A DNA stretch of 64,000 nucleotides, from contig CAVRBU010000001.1 of assembly GCA_963719315.1 (NCBI GenBank), positions 608,001-672,000 of the forward strand, read 5' to 3'. Every line of letters begins with the position of its first letter. Position 1 is the stretch's first letter. Of the stretch, positions 55,924 to 64,000 are shown piece after piece. This DNA comes from an uncultured Planctomycetota bacterium (GTDB taxonomy: Bacteria > Planctomycetota > Planctomycetia > Pirellulales > Lacipirellulaceae). The notes beneath the pieces were generated by a model, which worked only from the letters and a program-made list of their open reading frames with translations, had not been told where the DNA came from and ran no database searches. A program made the position numbers and the translations under genes.

Positions 55924-58900
55924 CAGAACCCAAGCCATTTCAGGAAGCCACCATCCGCGCAGTACTATCTGCGTTTGACCGACGTTGTAGCACTCGCCGA
56001 TTCCTGGTTGCCGACGAAGTGGGCTTGGGAAAAACCGTTGTTGCACAGCACGTTATCCGTGAGATGTTCAACGGTTTGGGGCGACCACTAAGTCGTATTC
56101 TATATGTGTAGCAATTTGGCGATTGCACGGCAGAATCGCCGAAAGCTGCTCGAAGTCATACCTCGTCAAGAACGAGACTTGGCTGACTGTCCGGTCGATC
56201 GCCTGTCGCTTCTTACGGCTTGCGAACGTCCTACACATCGATTGCTTCACCTGTATTCCCTGACGCCGGACACATCGATTCCAATTCGAAGGAAGCACCG
56301 ACGCGATGGGCGACAGGAGGAACGCGCGCTCGTGCATGCTTTGGTGGAGCGCGTGTGGCCGGGGCTGTTCAAAATCAATAAATGGGGAACCGCCGTCTTC
56401 CAGCGGAACGCGACTGTGAACTGGACACACAGTGTTCGCCAGCAGCGTGATAAAGCCACCAAACTGACGCTGCGAGAAGCATTTGCTAAATCTGTTCGTC
56501 AGGAGTTCCAGCTCGCAGAACGGCAACACCTGCTGCCGGAACTGCGTTTGCGATGCGAACGCGGCGAACTGGATGAACTGGGGTTGATAGCACATCTTCG
56601 AAACGCTCTGGCGGCAATTGCAATCGAAGAAATACAGCCGGACCTTGTCATCTTTGACGAATTTCAGAAATTTCGCGATCTGTTGGACCCTCAACAAAAA
56701 GAAGCAGCGCAGCGTGTGATAGGCAAATTGCGAGGAGACGGATCAACTTCCCCGCCAGCGCTTCTTCTCCTGTCTGCCACACCATATCGTTTGTTCACGC
56801 GCCGATGGGAAGAAGAGGCCGGTTCATCGCACCGTTCTGAATTCTTCGAATTAGTTGAGTTTCTGCACGGCGGTGATACGGCAGCGCGACAAAAGCGAAA
56901 ACTATGCGAGGATGCGTTTATGCGGTTAGAGACGGAAATGCGCAAAGGGCAGCTAACGTCGCCCGAGGCTAAACAGGCGCGTCTCCAGGTTGAGGATTTA
57001 CTTTGCCCAGTTGTTGCTCGCACTGAACGAGCATCGCATGACGATGGATGGGACCAATTCCACACGGATTGCTTTCCAGCGCCGGTCGCACCGGACGATC
57101 TCACGATCTTTAAGCATCTGAGCCGCTGCTTCGATGACAAGCACCGAACCAGCGCTGTACCGTACTGGACGTCCATTCCGCTTCCGATGCAGACGATGGG
57201 CAACCACTATATTGCGTGGAAGTCCGCCACTGCAGCATCTTCAAAAGGTGTACCTCTGCTCAATGAAACAATGAGAGATAAGTACAAGACGCCAGAAATC
57301 TGGCCCCATCCGCGTCTGAGAGCGTTGAAGCAACTAGCTCCGTCAGAAAGGATGGCAGTGCCGTGGCTACCGCCAACGGCGCCCTGGTGGCCCCTCCGCG
57401 GTGTCTGGCATAACCAACAGCGCCACCTCGCAAGTTGTTGGTATTTAGTCGCTTTCGTGCAGTCCCCCAGGCAATCGCTGCCGCAATCAGTTTTGATTTT
57501 GAGTCGCGTTTCCTGAAGGACGAGAAGCTGCCGTATTCGGAAGTCTCGCGTCGCCGACTGCTCTCTGCAACCGACAAGCGACATCCGTTACTAGGACTTT
57601 TTCTACCATCACCGTTTGTGATAAGCGCGACGGACCCATTGGCTGCGCGGGCAACAGATATTCGCACGATTCGTCGTGAAGTACGCAGACAGCTGAAAAA
57701 TGCACTTCTGGAGCTTGGCATACATGTGCGCGACAAGGGGCCGTCGCTTCCAACGTGGCGCCTTCTTGCGCGTATTGAGCAAATCGCCGGGAATTGGGAT
57801 TGGATAAGCGAAGCGTGGCAGTGGATTCATGGTGAAGTAGCGACTGGTGAGTCCGAAGATTCCGGACTTGCGCAATTACTTGCTGATTGGGACGAAGAAG
57901 CCCAACAACCGTTGGACAACATCAAGCCTGCGAACTTCGAGGCCCTTGTTGACTATGCACTTGGGTCACCGGGTGTCGTCGTCGGACGATCATTGCGCCG
58001 CCATTGGAGCGAGGCGGTTGGCAACGTGCGCGACAAAGATGGGCAACTGAGGTTTCGCCAAACTCTTGCTGCTGTCTGGATGGGGTTGCGAAACTATTTG
58101 GATCAGCGATGGTTCTATCGAATCCTCTGTAAAGGGAATGAGTCTTATCCAGATGCTCTACTGCGGATCACAGTTGATGGCAATCTAGAAGCAGTACTGG
58201 ACGAGCATTTGTGGATTACGTCGCGCCTCAGGAGCTTGAGCGAGGACGATTTGGCTATTGAGTTAAGAGAGGGCCTTACGGTCAAAAGCGGCATGTTCTT
58301 TCTGCGTCCGCTCGAGGGGAAAAGGGACAACACGTTTTCCCTGAGATGCCACGTGGCGATGCCGTTCTTGACGGTAAAGGTCCCGACGGAAGTGAGCCAG
58401 CAATCAGACAACAACGGCGACATGATTGTGAAAACAAAAGAAAAGAAATTGCGCACCGATGAGTTACGGCGAGCGTTTAATACGCCTTTTTGGCCGTACG
58501 TGTTGGCAACAACTTCGGTTGGTCAGGAAGGGCTCGATTTTCACGCTTGGTGCGACACGCTCGTTCACTGGGACCTCTGTCGCAATCCTGTTGATTTGGA
58601 GCAGCGCGAAGGTCGAATTCAGCGATTTGGTGGGATGTCAATCAGACGCGCGGTCGCGGAGAAGAAGGGCTTAATTACGTCGGCAATGGCGACACGTCGG
58701 GACGGCGAAAGTCCGTGGGTGCGAATCGAATCCATTGCGAACGAAACCATGAGCGATGACTCCGGCCTCGCACCGTGGTGGGTATGCAAATGTGGAAACG
58801 TTAATCGTTATGTCTTCGACGTACCGACGAGCGAGCAAAAGCATTGGCTTCATTGGATCAAGGAGCAGCGACTTCTATATCGACTGGCGTTGGGCCAGCC

Positions 58901-59039
58901 AAATCAGGAGGACCTGCTTGAGGTTCTCGCGGACAAGCCTGGTCTCGAATCTGAGGTAGTCCGCAACTCTGTCATCAATCTTTCACCTTGGTTTCGCAAC
59001 GGAAGCGCCCATGCGCAACACAGTAAAGTTGTCCAATGA
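55920..59039 (+). CDS. SF2 helicase, two apparent frameshifts (~56090, ~57420)
   Basis: Q motif PFQ, Walker A ADEVGLGKT, IFDEFQ, LSATP, LVFSRF, TSVGQEGLDFH, LEQREGRIQR across ORFs 55881..56111, 56104..57516 and 57435..59039. Confidence 0.82.
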
Positions 59040-59920
59040 TGAACGATAATCAGGGACACTTATTCGATCTCGAAGAGTTTGGGGATCAAAATGCAGTGCG
59101 ATCCCTGCTAGATAGGCTCCTGGCCGATTCCAAACTTTACAAGACGACTGACTCTTACAAGTCCCTGCTGGACTTTGTCGTTCGCCTACGAAACGTTGCT
59201 CCATTTAACGCGATGCTGCTGCAACTTCAAAAGCCGGGCCTTACGTATGCGGCATCTGCTCACGACTGGGAGACACGGTTTGATCGTCGAGTAAAGGAAG
59301 ACGCACGGCCCTTGCTTATCCTTTGGCCCTTTGGGCCTGTGGCAACCGTGTATGACGTTCTAGACACCTACGATCCTCAAAACCCGGAATCCGACGGACT
59401 GCCAGAGGGAATTGCAGCGTTCTTCGCTGCGGGTGAAATCACCGAGCAACGTTTGCAGTCATTTACAGCGTTGCTGGAGAGAAGGAAAATTGAATTGCGT
59501 TGGGTGGATCATGGAGATGCCAGCGCAGGTGCTATTCGACTAGTCAGTCGTGGCGAGGATGACAAAGACACTCGATACCTCGTGAAGATCAATCGGAACC
59601 ATTCGCCTGCCGTGCAATTCACAACGCTCGCTCACGAACTCGGTCATCTATCTCTCGGACACATCGGTCCAAACACGCGACTTGGTATTCCCAAACGCCG
59701 TACCATGTCCCACGCGGACGTAGAAATCGAGGCAGAATCCGTCGCCTATATAGTATGCGAACGCAATGGCGTCACCTCAAATTCGGAGACTTATCTGTCA
59801 CACTTTGTTGCGGCCGGCGTCAACGCGGAAAGTCTTGATCTTTATCAGATCACGCGAGCGGCAGGTCAGGTCGAAAGCACTTTGAACCTTACGAAACACA
59901 CAAAGTTTCCACGTGTCTGA
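59036..59920 (+). CDS. ArdC-N-like domain plus zincin metallopeptidase (ImmA/IrrE/MPTase-like)
   Basis: PFNAMLLQLQKP...W..RF.R.VK..A.P..IL.P...VYDV.DT (ArdC-N-like), TLAHELGH, EIEAESVAY, SETYL. ATGA overlap with the helicase stop. Confidence 0.75.
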   Translation: MMNDNQGHLFDLEEFGDQNAVRSLLDRLLADSKLYKTTDSYKSLLDFVVRLRNVAPFNAMLLQLQKPGLTYAASAHDWETRFDRRVKEDARPLLILWPFGPVATVYDVLDTYDPQNPESDGLPEGIAAFFAAGEITEQRLQSFTALLERRKIELRWVDHGDASAGAIRLVSRGEDDKDTRYLVKINRNHSPAVQFTTLAHELGHLSLGHIGPNTRLGIPKRRTMSHADVEIEAESVAYIVCERNGVTSNSETYLSHFVAAGVNAESLDLYQITRAAGQVESTLNLTKHTKFPRV

Positions 59921-60341
59921 CACTTTGTACGGCGCGGCACGCACCCGACTGTTAACCGGCCAGGCGGTTTTCCGAACGGTGAGAACAAAAAGCCCGCGAG
60001 TTAACAGCGGCGCGACAAGTGGCGTTAACCCACAAGTCGCAATTTCGCAACCGGTTGCTTTCGCTTTGCGACCCACCGAAAGGGTCTCGAACTCGGCAAC
60101 TGTCTGTGCAGCAAGCACTTGGAAGAATCGCGAAAGAGAGTATTGTTACGAAGAGGGTTCCTTACGGGGAGGACAAAAATCAACCATCAACCAACCGCTC
60201 GCGTTGGCTGCTGGAGATCGGCATTGAAACGGGACCCACCTGGGGTGCGGAATCGGCATTGAAAAGGGACCCACCGCAGCGGACTTCGTAAGCTGGATTC
60301 CCGGTTTTTAAACTGGGGAATTCAGCGAAGCGGAGTCAAGG

Positions 60342-62048
60342 ATGCTGAAGGTGGAGGATTACGGCAGGATACGTCGTGCTCATCGCGATGGCATGAGCAT
60401 TCGGGAGATCGCCCGGACGTTTGGGCATTCGCGACGAAAGATCCGCGAGGCACTGGCGCAGGCAGAGCCGCGGCCTTACACGCTGTCGCTACCGCGACCG
60501 CGGCGGGTGCTGACCGATGTGCACCAGCAATGGATCGGCGCGATTCTCGTCGAAGATGAGCAGGCGCCTCGCAAGCAACGTCACACAGGAGCGCAACTCT
60601 TTCGGCGGCTGCGGGACGAAGAGCAGTACGTCGGCAGCTACGACCAGGTGCGAAGGTACGTGGCCGCGACGCGGGGGCGGCAGCGCGAAACGTTTCTCCC
60701 TTTGTCGTACGAGCCAGGCCAACGGGCCGAGAGCGACTTCGGTCAGATCTGGGTCGACTTCCCGGAAGGCAGGCGCCAGGTTCCGATCCTGCTGGTGACG
60801 TGGGCCTACTCAAACGCCACCTTTATGATTGCGCTGCCGAGCGAAAAGACCGAGGCGATCCTGCATGGCACGGTGGCGGCGTTTGCGTTTTTTCGTTGCG
60901 TGCCCAAAGAACTGTGGTGGGATAATCCAAGAACCGTTGCGACCACGATTCTGCGTGGCCGCCAACGGGAGTTGAACCAGCGCTGGCAGGCGCTGGCCAG
61001 TCACTACAACTTCGAGCCGTTGTTCTGCCTGCCGGCTCGCGGTAACGAAAAGCCGCACGTCGAGAACCGGGTGAAGCTGTTGGAGCGCCAGTGGGCGACG
61101 CCGGTCCCTCAAGTGAAGGATCTGACAGAGCTAAATGCCTACCTGCTTCAATGCTGCGAGCGGGATGCTCGGCGGACGATTGCGGGCCACAGCGAAACGA
61201 TCGGCGCACGCTTCGCGACAGAGCAGATTAGCGCCTTGCCGCTGCCCGAGCGCCCGTTTGAAGCCGCCGTGAGCGAGGTCCGTCAAGTCGACAAGTACCA
61301 GACGGTCGCCTGGGAGAAGAATCGCTACAGCGTGCCGCGGCGGCATGCGTTCGCCACGGTCACGGTAAAAGCCACTATCGATCGCATCGAAGTCATCCGC
61401 GACGGCCAGCGGATTGCCCGGCACGAGCGCTCCTACGGACAGGGCGAGCAAGTGCTCGATCCGCTGCACTACCTGTCCACTCTGGGAGTGAAGCCAGCCT
61501 ATTTGGATCACACTGACGTCTACCGCAATTGGCGTCTGCCGGCGGCGTTTACCCAGTTGCGCGAACATTTTGAAACACGCCACGGATCGTTGCCGGGCGC
61601 TCGGCAATTCATCCGCGTGCTGCAGCTGTTGGCAGAGCACCCGCTGACTCGGGTTGAGCAGGCCATCCAGGCCTGCCGCGGCGACGGCGTCGTCACGGCC
61701 GAGCGGATTGCTGGGCTCTGCGAGCGACTGGCGCTGCGCTCCACCCGCGGCGAAGCGAACCTAATCGGGCAGCTGCGATCGATTCCTGCGGTGCAAGTCC
61801 CGCTGCCGGACTTGCGCCGCTTTGACTCGTTACTCTCTCACGGAGGAGAAGATCATGGCCCAGAAAGAAACGCCCCTGTTACTGCGTTCGAACCTCAAGG
61901 CGCTACGCCTGCCGACGATGCTGGCCGAGTATGGCAAGCTCGCCGGGGAAGCGACCAACAGCAACCAGGACTACCTCGACTATCTGTTGCGCCTGACGGA
62001 GTTGGAGTTAGCCACACGCAGTGCCAATGCTCTGCAGGCGCACATTAA
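60342..62048 (+). CDS. istA: IS21 transposase
   Basis: N-terminal HTH (SIREIART.G.SR), ESDFG, WWDN, EKPHVE, NRYSVP. Confidence 0.92.
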   Translation: MLKVEDYGRIRRAHRDGMSIREIARTFGHSRRKIREALAQAEPRPYTLSLPRPRRVLTDVHQQWIGAILVEDEQAPRKQRHTGAQLFRRLRDEEQYVGSYDQVRRYVAATRGRQRETFLPLSYEPGQRAESDFGQIWVDFPEGRRQVPILLVTWAYSNATFMIALPSEKTEAILHGTVAAFAFFRCVPKELWWDNPRTVATTILRGRQRELNQRWQALASHYNFEPLFCLPARGNEKPHVENRVKLLERQWATPVPQVKDLTELNAYLLQCCERDARRTIAGHSETIGARFATEQISALPLPERPFEAAVSEVRQVDKYQTVAWEKNRYSVPRRHAFATVTVKATIDRIEVIRDGQRIARHERSYGQGEQVLDPLHYLSTLGVKPAYLDHTDVYRNWRLPAAFTQLREHFETRHGSLPGARQFIRVLQLLAEHPLTRVEQAIQACRGDGVVTAERIAGLCERLALRSTRGEANLIGQLRSIPAVQVPLPDLRRFDSLLSHGGEDHGPERNAPVTAFEPQGATPADDAGRVWQARRGSDQQQPGLPRLSVAPDGVGVSHTQCQCSAGAH

Positions 62049-62625
62049 ACAGGCTGGCTTCCCGGTGCAGAAGGACCTCGATGCATTCGACTTTAGCGCG
62101 GCGCCCGGCCTCTCGAAGCCCAAGATCCTGGAACTGGCCCGCTGCGGCTGGATTGATCAGCGTCAGAACTGCTGCCTGTTGGGTAGTTCGGGAACTGGAA
62201 AAACGCATCTGGCCATCGCCTTGGGCCTGGCCGCCTGCCGACTGGGCAAGCGAGTCCGCTTCTTTACCGCTGCCACACTGGTCAATCGCTTGGAAGAGAC
62301 GCAGAAGCAGTACCAGCTCGAGCGATTGTTGAAGCAGCTCGACAAGCTCGATCTGCTTGTCTGCGACGAGCTCGGTTATCTCTCGTTCAATCGCAGCGGA
62401 GCGGAACTGCTGTTCCAGGTATTCGCCGATCGCTACGAGCGATCCAGCCTGTTGATCACCAGCAACTTGCCGTTCAGCGAATGGCAGCAGGTGTTTCAGG
62501 GAGAACGGATGACAGCTGCTCTCTTGGACCGGCTGACGCACCACTGCGAAATCTTTGAGATGAACGGTGAAAGCTACCGCTTCCGGGAGTCGATGAAACA
62601 AAAGCGAACCACCAAGGGCAAGTAG
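61855..62625 (+). CDS. istB: IS21 helper ATPase
   Basis: GSSGTGKTHLA, CDELGY, ITSNLPF..W, ALLDRLTHH, GESYR; GGAGGAG RBS. Confidence 0.93.
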   Translation: MAQKETPLLLRSNLKALRLPTMLAEYGKLAGEATNSNQDYLDYLLRLTELELATRSANALQAHIKQAGFPVQKDLDAFDFSAAPGLSKPKILELARCGWIDQRQNCCLLGSSGTGKTHLAIALGLAACRLGKRVRFFTAATLVNRLEETQKQYQLERLLKQLDKLDLLVCDELGYLSFNRSGAELLFQVFADRYERSSLLITSNLPFSEWQQVFQGERMTAALLDRLTHHCEIFEMNGESYRFRESMKQKRTTKGK

Positions 62626-62711
62626 CTTTCGGGCGACCCGTCGGCAAAACGTTCGCAAATCGCGCAACAAAATGGAGAGTTTACTCTAACCCATTAAGTG
62701 AACTAACGGAG

Positions 62712-62749
62712 GCGGCCGCGCGAGACCTTCGAAGGGTCTCGCGGGCCGC
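62712..62749. other. Strong GC hairpin inside the IS21 right end
   Basis: GCGGCC-GCGCGAGACC-TTCGAAG-GGTCTCGCG-GGCCGC. Confidence 0.5.
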
Positions 62750-62914
62750 TCCCCAACTAACCAGGTGGGCCCAGATTCAACGCCCAGGTGGGTCCCATTT
62801 CAATGCCGATCTCCAGGCTGCCTAAAATCACCAAATACCAACTTCTTCAACAGGCTGCTATGCTGTGTCAGAAAAGGGGTGGTTTATTGGTGGGACTCAC
62901 TGCCTGATGAGTTT

Positions 62915-64000
62915 TCAGACAAGCGATCGTCGACCAACAAGCATAGTTGCCAGCCCGATGAGCAGTATGAGCGCTGCCGCCGGTTCGGGCACGTTGACAG
63001 CTCCGACGCCGTTGGTGCTACTAGATGATTCGCCGTAATACGACCTCCAGATTTCATAGTCTTCTTGAGTTACTAGGCCAGGAGTTGTATTGGGGTCTTC
63101 ATTGGGCAGCGTGATCGCTTCGCCCAAATGGTTTCGCCACACGGTGTAATCCGCAGCGTCCACGACGTGGTCGCCGTTGTAATCGCCAGGCAGAATGAAG
63201 CTCCCGCCCAAATACTCGATCTGAACAAATCCGTCGATGCCCGGATGGATGGTGATGGCAAAATGGCTTGACCCGGAACCGGTGAGCGCAAGCCCATTGT
63301 TGACCAGTTCACCGGCCGACACGATGGTGAATTGCTGTCCGGCTTCCAGCCCGTAGCCGTCGACGATCGACAGATCCAGCACTCCGTCTAGCATTGCCTC
63401 GCCGCTAACCAAGAGTTGGTCCGCGCTGGTGTCGCCGAACCCGCTCACTTCGAAGAGCATGTCCGCGTTCGCCGTTTGCGAATAGTCGCCCTGAATCTCC
63501 AGCGATCCGGTGGAACTGCCCGGGCTGAGCGTGCCATCGACCATGACCATCGTGTCTGCGCCCGATAGGCCCCGAATAATGCCGTCGCCGCTGAGCGTGA
63601 TGTGCGGGGCAATGTTCACCAGGTCGGTCGCCGCCTCCCCATCGACGTGAAAGCTGCCTGGGAAGGGAAGTGGTTGGCCGTTAAGTTCGGCCAGGAAATT
63701 GACCTTGGGAGCGAACAGATAGCTGCCGCCGCCAACGATGACATCCCCGGCCCAACTCTCAATTCCGTCGACGGCGTCGACGGTGAGCGACCCGCCGGTC
63801 GCCACTTCAAGTCGGCCATAGAAGCCGGATCCAATGCCATCGTTTATTAGAACGGGCTGCAGCACTCCATCTTCATTTTCGGGCGTGATCGTCAAATGAT
63901 TGCCGGCGCTCACCAGGAGCGGTCCTGCGTTAATCTCAAGCGACTGCACCGCCTCGAAGGAGGCCTGTTCCCCTTCGAGAGCCACGTTACCGAAGTTAAG
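62915..64000 (-). CDS. PEP-CTERM secreted protein with dockerin-like tail, 5' end outside the window
   Basis: GTLSPGSSTG, D.L.VSG, PGDYNGDHVVDAADY, VPEP + TM + RR. The frame is open to the window edge. Confidence 0.85.
   Translation of the reverse strand, partial: LNFGNVALEGEQASFEAVQSLEINAGPLLVSAGNHLTITPENEDGVLQPVLINDGIGSGFYGRLEVATGGSLTVDAVDGIESWAGDVIVGGGSYLFAPKVNFLAELNGQPLPFPGSFHVDGEAATDLVNIAPHITLSGDGIIRGLSGADTMVMVDGTLSPGSSTGSLEIQGDYSQTANADMLFEVSGFGDTSADQLLVSGEAMLDGVLDLSIVDGYGLEAGQQFTIVSAGELVNNGLALTGSGSSHFAITIHPGIDGFVQIEYLGGSFILPGDYNGDHVVDAADYTVWRNHLGEAITLPNEDPNTTPGLVTQEDYEIWRSYYGESSSSTNGVGAVNVPEPAAALILLIGLATMLVGRRSLV

Larger units (their letters stand above)
60212..62815 (+). mobile_element. 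IS21 family insertion sequence, complete
   Basis: TG...CA ends: TGGAGATCGGCATTGAAA / TTTCAATGCCGATCTCCA, with internal repeated copies. GGCTGC target duplication at 60206-60211 and 62816-62821. Confidence 0.93.

Noticed and set aside
52880..59920. DISARM, BREX or restriction-modification assignment
   Set aside because: No methyltransferase, DUF1998, PglZ or specificity subunit in or near the operon.
59949..60030. Three GTTAAC sites and a CTGTTAAC...GTTAACAG inverted repeat as a possible attC
   Set aside because: Does not fit RYYYAAC...GTTRRRY, and there is no integron integrase or cassette array.
60212..60275. Direct repeats ATCGGCATTGAAA.GGGACCCACC as a possible CRISPR
   Set aside because: Only two copies with a very short spacer; they are the multiple terminal repeats of IS21.

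Overview
GC-rich bacterial chromosome segment, most likely a planctomycete of the Pirellulales/Lacipirellulaceae type (DUF1559 prepilin-like gene, PEP-CTERM proteins with 'GDYNxxGxVDAADY' dockerin-like tails, PQQ-type propeller, prenyltransferase-repeat protein). Left to right: M13 and M61 peptidases, Gfo/Idh/MocA, ThuA-like protein, ssuD, a PEP-CTERM/DUF1559 secreted-protein locus, a decayed duplicate of a ggt 5' region, a split AgrE/ArgZ-like arginine-catabolism pair, a prkA(yeaG)-yeaH-spoVR operon with chdC/hemQ, an intact IS630 and an inverted IS630 end remnant, a ~17 kb convergent catabolic cluster bracketed by two non-canonical GGT-family Ntn-hydrolases, a patchwork of gene fragments including phage-like Cys-rich genes, a translationally coupled four-gene putative anti-phage operon (DUF6361-like, PLD nuclease, SF2 helicase, ArdC-N/metallopeptidase), an intact IS21 with a 6-bp target duplication and a partial PEP-CTERM gene. 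About eight small-indel frameshifts in otherwise intact genes suggest sequencing or assembly error. Heptamer-based palindromic elements occur between genes and in-frame inside proteins. No rRNA, tRNA or CRISPR array was recognised. Family assignments come from motif recognition, not database searches.
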